DNA of 62,704 nt, the filler included, from Sanchytrium tribonematis (taxonomy: Eukaryota): NCBI GenBank assembly GCA_018985235.1. It is 13 parts of 13 records of this genome, joined end to end, with 100 filler letters (N's around TTAATTAATTAA, not from the genome) between each part and the next. Parts side by side here need not be neighbours in the genome. Positions count along the whole stretch, not along the records: positions 9,780 to 14,564 come from JADGIG010000681.1; positions 14,665 to 19,435 come from JADGIG010000682.1; positions 19,536 to 24,282 come from JADGIG010000683.1; 10 more parts are not named here. One strand, given 5' to 3'. This document shows, in pieces, positions 10,547-22,293 of this stretch; the first letter of the stretch is position 1, and the number at the start of each line of letters is the position of its first letter. The notes beneath the pieces were generated by a model. That model was not told the DNA's origin, did no database searches, and saw only the letters and a program-made list of their open reading frames with translations. A program made the translations under genes and the position numbers.

Positions 10547-12307
10547 TTATTTTGAATCTGATTTTTTTGCATATCTAGCTATCTCAAGTAGCACACGAAA
10601 CAAGTAACAGTCCATATTTTCATTCGTTAGATATTTTTGCCCTAAGCCCATAGCATTGATAGCCATGGCGTGAGCCAGCTCGTCATTTTGCCTATAGTAC
10701 ATCAGCTTTGGTAATAAATCGTTATAACCTAAAGGATTACTCAAATAAGGCTTATCTCCTGGATATTTAAATTTAAACCACTTTTTGTATTCTTTCTTTA
10801 TTGATAGTTCCAATGAAGACGGAATTCCATCAAAATTTATATCTTCCAAAGTAGGATTAATTGGTACATAATGGTAGAATGGTATTAAGTGTTCCTCGAA
10901 CCAGCTTGTAGCAAAATGAGAAGAAAATATCAGCGAGCTACCTCTCAAATATTTTAAAAGACGCGGGTCTTGCTTGTATCCATCGATATTAAATATATAT
11001 TTAAATTGAAACATATCTACCAATTTGATATTTTCAGCAGGCCAAAAGAAAAACTTATTTTCTCTATTTTGATCCTTGTCCATGCCACTAAAACTGCTGA
11101 ATCCAGCGTCAATTTTCGCTGGGTAGAAATGTGAAAAGGAAACAAATCTTTGACGATGATTCCAAAACCACCCTCTTTTGTGTTTTTCTTGATAAACATT
11201 TAGCTTCATAAGATCAGGGTGGCAATTTTCTCCCATGCATACATGTTCCGGGTGAAAATCGTCGTTATTGTAATTGTAATACGGACTTCCATCAGTTGAT
11301 CCTCTCCAAATTAATTTATCTTTTTTTGATTCCCAGTTTACCAAGTCAGACTCATCCTCGTACAAAAAATGATCCATGTCAGGTATAAGTATGTCTTTGG
11401 TCAAGCACGGATAATTGCTACTCGATAATATTGGATATAATTGAAACGAATGAAAGGCATCAACTGGAGACATAAATGGACCATAGCTTTGAAAAAGTGA
11501 TTTAAAGGTAAAGGGTAACTGGCAATCCACAATGAGGGTTTCCAATTTTTCGTGACTATTTACAGTTTCTGTTTTGATATCAAGTCCAACTACTATTTCT
11601 GAAACAAATTGATAGGAATTTTTGGAACTGCGCTTATTAACGGTGATTGCAGATTTGTCTACCATACGGTCATAGAAGGAAAACGGAGAATCTTGTGTAT
11701 TGTGGACAAATCGAAGGCCAGGTAGCGCCTCTCCAAATTGCTTTAGAATATCGGATAGTTCCGTTCTAATTTCATTTGTATTTGTTAATATCACAGATTT
11801 TAGAATATCAATAATTTTCAGATTCTTGTTATTAGGAATCATGTATATTAATTCCTCGATTAGTTCTGCATACGATTTTTCTGTCTCAAGATTCAAAAAT
11901 TCAATTTGTTTTGCTAATTCATCATATAAATCAATTCTACAGCCTCTTTCTTTAGCAAAGTTGAACCATTTGTCGAACCCACTAGGCGTCTTTTTGTTGT
12001 ATCGGTTTTCATAGAAAGTGACTGCTTCCTCAAATGTTTCCGAGTCAGAATGATCAATGTGTATAATTTTATCAAGACACTCAATAAATTTCACTCTGTC
12101 AAATTCGCTCAAGAAAACTTTAAATGGATAGGTACATGATTCATGATAAAACGGCTCTTTTAGATCCTGCCATTTCGAATGAATTGAGTTGAATTCATTT
12201 GATTTAGGAGATGTATTAGCGGGAGAATTAAATGTCAGCACATGTTGATCATCCGAATACATAAAATATATCAGAAAGATCACAAAGCCGCTAAGGAAAA
12301 TTATCAT
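10547..12307 (-). CDS. GT90 / CAP10-like glycosyltransferase, type II membrane protein
   Basis: N-terminal anchor; YENRYNKKTPSGFDKWF, WESKKDKLIWRGSTDG, FKYIFNIDG and PFYHYVPI motifs. Confidence 0.9.
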   Translation of the reverse strand: MIIFLSGFVIFLIYFMYSDDQHVLTFNSPANTSPKSNEFNSIHSKWQDLKEPFYHESCTYPFKVFLSEFDRVKFIECLDKIIHIDHSDSETFEEAVTFYENRYNKKTPSGFDKWFNFAKERGCRIDLYDELAKQIEFLNLETEKSYAELIEELIYMIPNNKNLKIIDILKSVILTNTNEIRTELSDILKQFGEALPGLRFVHNTQDSPFSFYDRMVDKSAITVNKRSSKNSYQFVSEIVVGLDIKTETVNSHEKLETLIVDCQLPFTFKSLFQSYGPFMSPVDAFHSFQLYPILSSSNYPCLTKDILIPDMDHFLYEDESDLVNWESKKDKLIWRGSTDGSPYYNYNNDDFHPEHVCMGENCHPDLMKLNVYQEKHKRGWFWNHRQRFVSFSHFYPAKIDAGFSSFSGMDKDQNRENKFFFWPAENIKLVDMFQFKYIFNIDGYKQDPRLLKYLRGSSLIFSSHFATSWFEEHLIPFYHYVPINPTLEDINFDGIPSSLELSIKKEYKKWFKFKYPGDKPYLSNPLGYNDLLPKLMYYRQNDELAHAMAINAMGLGQKYLTNENMDCYLFRVLLEIARYAKKSDSK

Positions 12308-12340
12308 TGAAAGGCTGAATTTCTAGGGTTTCAGATTTAT

Positions 12341-14564
12341 TTATCTCTTTGTTAATCTAATTTCTTGAGTCATTTTCCAAAAGATATTCCACATAGAATG
12401 AATCAGCACTTCAGGAGAGTGCTCAATTACTCCATTCATCCAGTCGATGCTTTTTCCTTTGAAAGTGACATTTCCACGAATCCACAAGTCACCCTTTAAA
12501 GTATGATAAAGACCAGATGGCCAGTGTTTTGGACTACCAATCGTTGCTTCAAACTTCATAGTATTATTACCATTGCCTTCATGGACATTATTCAATGTGG
12601 TAAATGAGGGAGTGCTCATTGTTCCTAACGAATTATTTTTTGCCATCAAGTCAACATTAACATAACCGCAATTGATATGAAGTGGTCCTGGATTATTAAA
12701 TGATATATCGACATTGCCTCCAAACTTTTTCTGTGAGATAAAATTAATTGGTCTAGCTCTAATTGTTAATGGTTTGTATAAGTAAACACCTTCGAAATCA
12801 AGCACTCCTTGGCTAAAAGCATTGATTGACCCTGAAGAACTATGTATAATAGTATTTGTCAAGTCACTATCTCTTGCCAAGTCCTCAAAAGTTAACAATC
12901 TTGTCAAGACTATTGGCCATTTTTCATAAAATACTGGAAATAGACAATGAACCTGCATATCAAATTCAAAATGAGTTGAGTTTGCCAAAAAATCTGTTAC
13001 AACCACATCAATCACATGCACTTTTTGATATCGGAGGTCAAAAGTTGCTTTCGTCAATTTAATTACTAATGGCACGTCTAAAGGCAAATTCACAAGACCA
13101 CTGACTTTGGTCGAGAATCCATAATCGACAGGATCTACAGAGATATTTTGTAGCTTCAAGATTCTAGTGTGGTTATTTCTGGCTTTGAGGTCCTGAAGAA
13201 AGGGGTTCAAAGGGATTTGCAGGTTAAATTCGTTATTCAAAAAATCAGCTTTAATTCCTAAATCCGGCATAAATTGCTCTCTTCTAAATATGAACTCCCC
13301 GAACTGATGAAAGATAATTGCGCTTGGTATTGCTCCAACAATTCTATTTTCAATGTTAACAACATCATTTTTGACGAAAGTCTTAACAAAAATCCAATCG
13401 ATTCTGTCTAGTTGAATTAAGACTTCAATTTCAACATCTAGACTCCTCAAGATTGGTACGACGCTCATATTCCAATTCAGATTCAATTTCATCCATTCTT
13501 TTTCTGGTGTTATAAGCATATTGCGCATAACTTTAATGATTTGATTTGGATCATTTTCATCAATATCTGACTTAAAATTGTAGCTATAGTCTATTTGAAA
13601 GACTTTGTTGTTATTCAACAACTCCAAATTGCTAACATCAACTTGGTATTTGTGAAGCTCATTGATATTAATTCCATTTGCATCTATTAGCATTTCGAAA
13701 TGATTGTCATTAAATTTCAAATGTTTGATCCACATTCTGCCTAAATTTAACTGAATAGAAAAACCTTCTATCCTTCCAAAAAGACCTAAAAATTGTTGTT
13801 GCCCTTGAACAAGTATACTTGTTTGGTTAACAGAGACATCTATTTGTAGATATTTAGCTAATAAATTAAAATTATTCATATTTACATATTGATTAAACAA
13901 ATCTTTAGGGTCCGGTATAGTAAGCCATTTTGCAACATCAATCTTCTCTATTTTAAAGTGATGCGCTTGAATGTCTGTCAAAAAAATATGTTTTGCATCG
14001 AAATTATGATAATCGACATCGAACAAGCATTCAAATAAATCATCTTTCACGATTATGGCACCAATAACTTTAGACTTTAGTGAAGAAATTTGGAAGCTCA
14101 CCTTTGTATCTCTGATTTGCACGAGTGGAAAATTTAATTTTAATTTAGCTGAGACATCATGAGCAGAGTCAAATAACGTCAGCTTTTGTTTCTTTACCAA
14201 TTCAAACAATTCTTCCTTTTTTATATGAATATTAAAACTTTTCGTCAATGTAGAGAGATCCATAATAAATGGGATATATGCGTCATTGTATGTAAATCCC
14301 GTCACTATAATTTTGTTTTCCTCTATATTTTCCAATATTGGAATCATTTGATCAAAAAATATTTCAATTTCAAATAATCTGCCCATTTGGATATGCGCAT
14401 TGAAATCCACACTCTGATCGTTCACTTTAAGATGCACTTTCACGAATGCATTAGCTTGAAATATAGATGAGTATGTTCCATTCAATCTGATGGAATCTCT
14501 TAAAATAACAACCTCAGTAATGGTCGCATTCATCAAAGGACTTTTCATCTCAATTTTATCCAAA
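12341..14564 (-). CDS. Large beta-rich protein with a DUF3712/LEA2-like C-terminus, 5'-truncated
   Basis: 740-codon open frame; ISFNNPGPLHINCGYVNVDL resembles the DUF3712 NP motif (my inference). Confidence 0.6.
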
Positions 14565-15470
14565 NNNNNNNNNNNNNNNNNNNNNNNNNNNNNNNNNNNN
14601 NNNNNNNNTTAATTAATTAANNNNNNNNNNNNNNNNNNNNNNNNNNNNNNNNNNNNNNNNNNNNCAAAGGCGTAGTGGTCCTACATATGAAGAATATTTA
14701 GATAAAGATATTGGTCATTTTCAACTACTCAAATGCAAATGTAACAAGGGAGAGCTGTGTTTACCTAAACCTGATCATGGTTATCAAAGGTGTTATAGAA
14801 CTCGATCAAGTTGCAAATTACTCAAAGCCCGTTTACTTGCAATACTTCCAGTAGCACGCATTAATAACTAAATCATTGTAGATTAAGATTGGCAATTGAT
14901 TTATTGTTTATTTCCTGATATTATTGTTCTACTCATTAGCATTTTTGGGTTGCTTATATTTTTTTGAAGTAAAACATTTCAACTTTGGACTGACGAGGAA
15001 ACTTGGTATTGTCTGAAGAAATATTTTTACAGCTCAACTGATATTCTGTCCTTTAAAATCTCTCAATAGCTTACTTAAAGAGCATGATTTAAAAGCGACT
15101 TTTAAAAGCGAATTTGAAGTTGATTTTGTCAGATTATTAAGAAAAGGCTAGATTTTATGGAATGGGATGAGATTGTCTTTGCGATTGGGAAGTTGATACT
15201 CATTGATTTGATGACACTGAATTCAGAATTGAAGTAGGAATTGGAATTGAATTAGCCAAGGATTTGGTCCGAAATTATTGAGTATGACAGTTGTGAATGC
15301 ATTAAGAATCGTTATTGTCTATTTTTAACTATATTTGTCAATCATTAATAGCAATTTGATCGTGGATTAATTCACCGTTCGTTTATCAAATAAATCATTA
15401 TTTTGAGTTGAAGCAATTCTGCTAATTCTCGATTCCGTAATTTTTTGCAATATTCGTAAATTATTATTTA

Positions 15471-15713
15471 TTATTCGTCTTTGTGGTTTGCGTCGTAATC
15501 AAACTTTTTGTAAATAAGAGAACCCAAGTATATAGCCGTAGCCACTAATCCGAGACCGAATACAATGGCAAATAACACAGCACAAGGTTTGTTCTTTCTA
15601 CGAGTGGCATATCTGTCGTCTTGCGGAATAGTCAAGAAAGAAGATTCTGATCCATTTAAACTGTTTGGGGCACTAACTTGACTAGGTGGCTGATATTTGT
15701 CTATCGTTGTCAT
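15471..15713 (-). CDS. Small single-TM protein
   Basis: 80 aa with a basic patch then a TM; stop overlaps AATAAA. Confidence 0.55.
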   Translation of the reverse strand: MTTIDKYQPPSQVSAPNSLNGSESSFLTIPQDDRYATRRKNKPCAVLFAIVFGLGLVATAIYLGSLIYKKFDYDANHKDE

Positions 15714-16017
15714 TTGAATTGTTTTTAAGGAGTATCGTAAATGTTCGATAACAAAAATCCGTTTTAGTCACTCGGTCAATTAATCGATATCTGAGTTCTG
15801 CACATCGACGATGTGTTGATCGAAATTTAATTTTTGAATTGCTTTTGTATTGAAGATCCGTCACTTGGAATGTATGGTAATTCTACCCGCTTCGCCTTTG
15901 TTTCAAATATCGGATCGGTTTATTGCACTTGCAGTAGGATTAAGATACAAAAGAAAGCACTATAAACCCATTGTAGAACTTTATTTGAAGCACCTAAGCC
16001 AAATAGACTTGCCAGAG

Positions 16018-17250
16018 TCACTTGTAATCACTTGACAATCTACCACCTAATTTTTCCAAAACATTCACTATTGCATAAGCAAACCATCCTTGGCACATAT
16101 TACATAGATCAACAGTTTGCCAGGAATTTTTTGAAGCGGATTTAAATGCATACCACTTAAAATTGTATTCAGCTGAAAGAAGGTTTGAGGTTGCAAAGAA
16201 TTTGTATATCCCAGTTAGCACATTTAATTCTGCGCATTGTCTGTAATGCTCAACAACTTGCAAACTTATGTTAGAGGAGTCATACTTGCTTAGAATTTGC
16301 ATGGCTGCCTCAAGTATGTCTGTTGCTGATTTTGGACATTCTGACAGTTTTTTATCTAAATATTGACCAATTATTGAGTATATCTCGTCTAAATTACAAG
16401 TTTTTGGATCTGTTTCAATTTCAACAGACTTCAATAAATCTAATATTTCATTCCTATACAAACTCATACTTCGAGGGTCTGATTTTCTAAATATGACATT
16501 GTTGTTTTCAGTGAATTTAGTGTACGTAATAGGTACATCTTGGTTTTGTTTAGAAAAAGCTTTTAGATTATAAATTAAATTATTTTTATAGTTTTCAACA
16601 ATCATATCGTGATTTAAACCCTGAGACAATTTAGTTATTATAAACTTGTAGTAAATAAAGGAGAGATGGAACAAGTAGCCAGACTGCGCCGCTTCATTAA
16701 GAGTTATCTTTTGAATTGTTTTTAAGCCAAATACGATTGTTTTGATATTTTGGTATAGCATATATTCTCCTAAAGAATCAACAGGAGGGCTCGTATCTGG
16801 AATGGAATTCAAAATAGTTTTTAGAATATCAACTTCAAATCGGATAATCTCGGCAACAGATTCTCTATTCAGTTGATTATTTAGGACCACTTTGCGATCT
16901 TTGGGCATGATCTCTAATACACCAGGATCGTTGTTTGACTCGTAGTTAACCAAAATAACATTTTGAGCCTCAAGTTTTTTCCCGTAAATCGCAGTATTTT
17001 TAGCTTTAGTTGATTTCGATTCAAAATCACCAGAAAAGCCCTTAAATATATAAATATTATCGGATGTCGTGATAACTGCTATTCCTTTCACACCTTTTCG
17101 AGCTATTGCGGTGTTAAATAATCCTAAATAGGATTCAAATTTCTCAACATGTTTAGATGGATTATCACATTTGGAAAATTTTGGGCCTAATTCGAGCTGA
17201 TGACACTCATAGTTCCCATAAATTAAATTAATGAAGAGTTGCAATAACAT
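16018..17250 (-). CDS. Secreted protein with a C-terminal Zn-deaminase-like signature
   Basis: MLLQLFINLIYG signal-like start; QCAELNVL ... DLCNMCQ near the C-terminus. Confidence 0.65.
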   Translation of the reverse strand: MLLQLFINLIYGNYECHQLELGPKFSKCDNPSKHVEKFESYLGLFNTAIARKGVKGIAVITTSDNIYIFKGFSGDFESKSTKAKNTAIYGKKLEAQNVILVNYESNNDPGVLEIMPKDRKVVLNNQLNRESVAEIIRFEVDILKTILNSIPDTSPPVDSLGEYMLYQNIKTIVFGLKTIQKITLNEAAQSGYLFHLSFIYYKFIITKLSQGLNHDMIVENYKNNLIYNLKAFSKQNQDVPITYTKFTENNNVIFRKSDPRSMSLYRNEILDLLKSVEIETDPKTCNLDEIYSIIGQYLDKKLSECPKSATDILEAAMQILSKYDSSNISLQVVEHYRQCAELNVLTGIYKFFATSNLLSAEYNFKWYAFKSASKNSWQTVDLCNMCQGWFAYAIVNVLEKLGGRLSSDYK

Positions 17251-17430
17251 CAAAAGCAAGGAGTCACGAGGATGTTTTTCTCGTTGCACACAAACCTAAA
17301 TTCTTTCGATTCGCATCTCCATTTGAGATATTACCAGAGTTCGAGTTTTTAACGAGACAAATTATTTCTTAAGAAGTATTCGTTCATGCAGCCTCCGAAT
17401 TAGTCATTTGTTTTAAGGATATTTTGAAAC

Positions 17431-18655
17431 ATGCAACTTGCAGATGAAGTGTCATATTTTATGGCTTACAAATTTCAATTAGAGGAATTGAATTTGCAGC
17501 AGTCAGATGAGTAAGAAAAAATCGAGTCCTTAGAATTGATAGAGAAATTATCAAGTGAATATAGAAACGAATCTTCTAGGGACAGAGCATTTGCATTATA
17601 TTAGGAAAGGTTTGGAAAGCGAATGCGACAGAATGGCTGAATTGCCATCTACATTTAACGATCATTTTATAATAGAGTACAAGTGTGAGATTTGCTTTGA
17701 AAAAATTGAGCTTGAAAAACGGCCTCAAAACTACGGAATCAAGATTTTTCCTTGTTGTCACGTACTTTGTGTTGAATGCCTTCACAAACATGTCGAAATT
17801 TCTGTGGGCGGACAATATGATTTCCCATTAAAATGCCCACAAGAGTGTTCCAGTGAATTAGAGCCTGATTTTTTGTTCTCTTTAAATATTTTTGACAAAG
17901 ATTTAATGGACAAATTTGAAAAATTTCACTTAAAAGCTTTAAACGATTTTTTACAGTGTTCAAATAAGTCATGCCGTCATTCTTTAATGATTACAGATGA
18001 AGTCAGAGAGCAAATAACCCGAAATGGATTCACGATGTGCTCGTGCCCTATTTGAAATTTTGTTATGTGTATTGACTGCCGGGTCTCTTGGCACCGGGGA
18101 TATTCCTGTGCAGAATATCAGAATTTGCCACCGCATTTGAAATCTCCTGAAGATATTGAGTTACTCCGTCTTGCAGATCATAGTAGCTGGAAAACGTGCC
18201 CCAAATGCAAAAATATGGTTGAGAAAAGAGAAGGTTGTAATCATATGACTTGTGTTTGCAAAAACGAATTTTTTTACATGTGTGGTAAACAGTATAAAAA
18301 TGAGATCACCAAATTTGTCGCTGACTGTCAGTGTGACTTATTTGAGATTCCAGAGAATCTTAGAGATGAAATAGAGCTACCCCAGCGGATTGCGCCTGTT
18401 CAGTTGGAGCCTAGAACTCCACTTATCGGACTAGAAGAACTTTTTAACAATGTTCAAAATAGACAGTTGATTCCTGAATGGCTACATAACCATCTTATTG
18501 AAAGAAAGTGTTACTATTGCGAGCGTGTTTTTGTGAGTTTAAGAGCTTTAGACCAGCATTTAAGCTCTACCTCCAAGCATCAGGTTTACCAATGCTGTGG
18601 GAGAATATATCCGAATGAGCATGGGCTTCATCAACATCGAAGAACGCACAACTAA
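17431..18655 (+). pseudogene. RBR (RING-IBR-RING) E3 ubiquitin ligase pseudogene with C-terminal C2H2 fingers
   Basis: RING1 CEIC..CCHVLCVEC..CP; IBR interrupted by TGA (CPI*NFVMCIDC); RING2 CPKC..GCNHMTCVC. Extra TAA and TAG stops and a frameshift in the 5' part. Confidence 0.8.
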
Positions 18656-18949
18656 ATAAAATTGAGTGGTTTTAAGTTGAACTCAACACCTCAGTTAGTC
18701 TGTGAAGTGTGTCTTTCTCACCATAGCCTAGTTAGCTCTATTTTTTTGTTTTATTGGACAATTGCTTCTGATCCTTGAAAAATTTCCGTACCCGTAATTG
18801 AGTAATAAAAATTGGAAGCTCTGCGATAGGGTTGCTAATGGCAATATTGTCGCACAATTGAACGAGTCTGAGTAATTGGTATAATATCCTTACGATAAAC
18901 GTTTCTTGAGGATCCCTTAAAATTCTGTATTCCTGAATGTCAACGTTTG

Positions 18950-19200
18950 ACATATATGAGAATCAACAGTATTATTCCAAAACGCCTTTCCTACCATAGA
19001 TCCGGAATTTCTAAGCAAGTGAATCTCTTCCTTACTCCTTTATTACTGGTAAATTCCGTATCCTCATCTATACAGTCTCTCCACCATTTGGGATCGTCAA
19101 AATCGTTCTCTGATTGTTTAATTAGTTTGAGGTAATTATGTATCACACAGCACAAGGTTTTTCTCCAAAGGTCATGAATAAGGGTGACTGAATTTGAATT
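18950..19200 (-). mobile_element. Possible decayed PIF/Harbinger transposase remnant
   Basis: Minus-strand reading DLWRKTLCCVIHNYLK resembles the C-terminal CxxLHN motif of DDE_Tnp_4; stops and frameshifts surround it. Confidence 0.3.
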
Positions 19201-19309
19201 AAAGGCCGTTTTAAAAAATATAGGCGAATTCCATCAGTTTATTTGCCTTAGCTAAATAAAAACATTATTATCCAATTGCTCAAATTTTCAATTTTAATTT
19301 TAGGTCAAT

Positions 19310-19435
19310 ATGCCATCCACTACTGCCATTTCTAAAATTGAAAGTATTTTGCAAAAAATTAGAATTCCAGTCTCCAAACTGGCAAATGAAGAACCACACG
19401 CAATTCAGTCTGCAGAGAACAAGACTGCCAGCAAA
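19310..19435 (+). CDS. 5' fragment of an unknown gene
   Basis: MPSTTAISKIESILQKIR... open to the contig end. Confidence 0.35.
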
Positions 19436-19584
19436 NNNNNNNNNNNNNNNNNNNNNNNNNNNNNNNNNNNNNNNNNNNNTTAATTAATTAANNNNNNNNN
19501 NNNNNNNNNNNNNNNNNNNNNNNNNNNNNNNNNNNCATATGAAAAATGGTTCACGAGATAATTTTGGCAAAAATATCGCGATGT

Positions 19585-21066
19585 TCAAATAAATGATGTT
19601 TTATTGGAATTGGATGTGCTATAGGTTCTAGACATTCCAGAACACATCTTCAAAGACACAATCCCCAAAAAGAATCCATTCACAAGTAAATGCACCATGA
19701 CACTTACCAAATATCGCCATGATAATGCAATCATTTGATTATCTGGCTTGCCAAACTTCATTATATTGAGAGGATTGACTAGTACAGTAGTATTTAAAGC
19801 CACTGATGGCATTGTAATCCATTTTAACGATGATTGCTGCAAAGTCGTGATTGATTTCAAAGGGACAATTTCAATTCGAGTTGCAATTTGCAAATGTGTG
19901 CTCTCAATGACTGATTCCAACTTGGATTGCATGTCATTTGAAGTTAATAAAGAAGAAATTGAGAAAGTACCAGTCTCTGTTGTTTCTAAAGACGTATCTG
20001 CAATAAATGTGGTAAAAAAGTCATTTGCAGTTGTTGAGGAGGATTCCATCTGAATTGTTGTGATCTGAGTCTCTAATGATGTTGGTGCATTATTTGAGGA
20101 AAGAACGAATGTCGTACGAGTAGTCATTGAAAGAAATGAAGTACTGGAAACTTTTGAAGTGATCAATTTAGTACTAGTAGCCAATGTCGTTGATTTGGTA
20201 GTGGTCTTTATAGCCGTTGTAGTTGCTGGAGGGGTATACGCAAACAAGTTGTTTTTCGTACAAATTCCCAAATTTGAGATACTGGGGCTACTTAACAATG
20301 GATTATTGCTTATATCACACTCAGTAATGGCTGAAGTATCACTAACCACGACTTTAGAGATCATATTGATTTCTGCATGGAATTTAGTGGGTCTAGAAAG
20401 TGTCAAAGTACCCACCAATTTATTATTCTGTATCCAAAACTCGGTGATACCTGCGCGTATGACAGATACATCACCAGTCAATAAATTGTCTGAAATATAC
20501 AAATAATTGACATTTGGGAGAGTTGGGATGCCACCTGTCAAAAGATTTCTAGAAATGGCAAAATTGGTGACAGAAGGGGGAATTGATGGTAATTGACCCG
20601 TGAATAGATTGTCTGAACAATCTGTGTTGACTAATGGACCTGAGATGACCGGGAATGTGCCATTTAATTTGTTTTGACTCAAAAATAGAGTCACAATCGA
20701 GAGGGGAATGCTTAGAACGGGACCAGATATTTGGTTGTGTGATAAATCTAGATTTTTGATGGAATCTGGTAGATTGGATGGATACACACCTTGAATATTA
20801 TTCAATTTCAAATTCAAAGTGATTAAACTTCGAGGAACAGAGTTTCCATCAATAAATCCATTTAGACTCTTACTAGACCAGTCTATTGCTGTAATTTGAC
20901 CACTTGTACATGTCACACCTGCTACAGTTCCCGTACAGCAGTTATTGTTGACTTGAGTCATCAGAGCAGGTTGCTGAGAGGGGACATTCAATTTGGATGC
21001 CAGAATTGCGAGTAATTGACAATCAGTGGCTCCATATATCATTTGAATGAAGAAATTGGTGTACAT
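19585..21066 (-). CDS. LRR receptor-like membrane protein
   Basis: Signal peptide, DC..CC..VTC N-cap, LxxLxLSxNxxSG repeats, S/T-rich stalk, C-terminal TM. Confidence 0.9.
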   Translation of the reverse strand: MYTNFFIQMIYGATDCQLLAILASKLNVPSQQPALMTQVNNNCCTGTVAGVTCTSGQITAIDWSSKSLNGFIDGNSVPRSLITLNLKLNNIQGVYPSNLPDSIKNLDLSHNQISGPVLSIPLSIVTLFLSQNKLNGTFPVISGPLVNTDCSDNLFTGQLPSIPPSVTNFAISRNLLTGGIPTLPNVNYLYISDNLLTGDVSVIRAGITEFWIQNNKLVGTLTLSRPTKFHAEINMISKVVVSDTSAITECDISNNPLLSSPSISNLGICTKNNLFAYTPPATTTAIKTTTKSTTLATSTKLITSKVSSTSFLSMTTRTTFVLSSNNAPTSLETQITTIQMESSSTTANDFFTTFIADTSLETTETGTFSISSLLTSNDMQSKLESVIESTHLQIATRIEIVPLKSITTLQQSSLKWITMPSVALNTTVLVNPLNIMKFGKPDNQMIALSWRYLVSVMVHLLVNGFFLGIVSLKMCSGMSRTYSTSNSNKTSFI

Positions 21067-21306
21067 TCAAGAACTAACGACACCAAGAAGCGCACTTTGT
21101 TTTATACTCTGTTTCTGGACAGGTTATTGGCTAGTGCTAATTTGATGGCTTTTTTGTTAAACAGATTGGACCAACCATGTGCTGACATGTAGAAAATTGA
21201 AATGAAGCCACTATATTTTGGTGTATAAAGTGTTTAGACCATTGCGACGATGCCATGCATGCAGAAATCTGCTAATAAACTTTGCAACGTCCCCTCAAAC
21301 ATCTGA

Positions 21307-22249
21307 ATGAATTTTGTCCATTATGACTTCAATCCACTATACGACGCCATCCATCAACCATTTTTTCATTTAGAATCCATCATGAATATCCTACTCCCAT
21401 TCTCCATCAATAATCCATTAAAACACGCGCAATCCATTCATTCTAAATCCCTGCCATTAATGGACATTAAAATCCCATTATTCTTTGTAATGTCTTATCT
21501 GATCATGTGTCAATTTGGTAAGCAACGTACTTCCAAATTCAATCATCCCTATTTACGATTATTTGTCAATATTTACAATGCCAGTCTCGTGGTATTAAGT
21601 GCATTTATGGTACTCACCATCCTCGTAGAAACAACGAGACTCGGCTATTCTTGGTTCAACAACCCGATAGATGAATCTAAAAATGCAAAATCACTCTCAA
21701 AAGCGCTTTCCATCTTTTATCTGAGTAAATATCCAGAATTATTGGATACAGTGATTATGATTATCAAGGGAAACAAACATCAAATTACATTTTTGCATCA
21801 GTACCACCATTCATCTATTATTTTGATTTGGTTTGTCGTAGTTTATGTTTCACCATATTCTGAGGCTTATTTTTGCGCATTATTGAATTGTTCTGTACAT
21901 ACTTTGATGTATTCTTACTATTTATTCACAAATATGAAATTAATGACGTGGTTTACGCAATCTATCAAGAAATACATGACTTTGATGCAAATGGTAAAAT
22001 TAATTGATTTAGGGCCAATTTGTAATGAACTGCGTGCAGTGCTTTTATTTCCTAGGATGCTACTATACTGGAAATGCACCCAAGTTGCAAAATAATGAAA
22101 TTGGAGGGTTTTATCCGATTCAACAATGTTATTTCTTGCTGAGTTATATGGGTAGTTTATTGGCATTATTTGGTAATTTCTACTATAAAGATAGACAGCG
22201 TGAAAGATTAAGAAAGTCAAAACAGGATTCACGATTAAAAATGGAATAA
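21307..22249 (+). CDS. Fatty-acid elongase (ELO/GNS1 family), 2 exons (21307-21993, 22013-22249)
   Basis: KYPELLDT, FLHQYHH and HTLMYSYY motifs; splicing a 19-nt intron restores YMTLMQMGQF and the C-terminal LLALFGNFY. Confidence 0.93.
21994..22012 (+). other. 19-nt spliceosomal-type intron
   Basis: GTAAAATTAATTGATTTAG; removal joins two frames into canonical ELO sequence. Confidence 0.88.
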
Positions 22250-22293
22250 ATTGTGATTTTAAACGGAGATATTTGTACAAATCTCCTTGAAAA

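Noticed and set aside
18053..18055. TGA at a conserved IBR Cys as UGA=Cys/Sec recoding
   Set aside because: The same gene has TAA and TAG stops and a frameshift. TGA replaces Gly in the LRR gene (24128) and is the normal stop of other genes (4199, 16018, 19585), so pseudogenisation is simpler.
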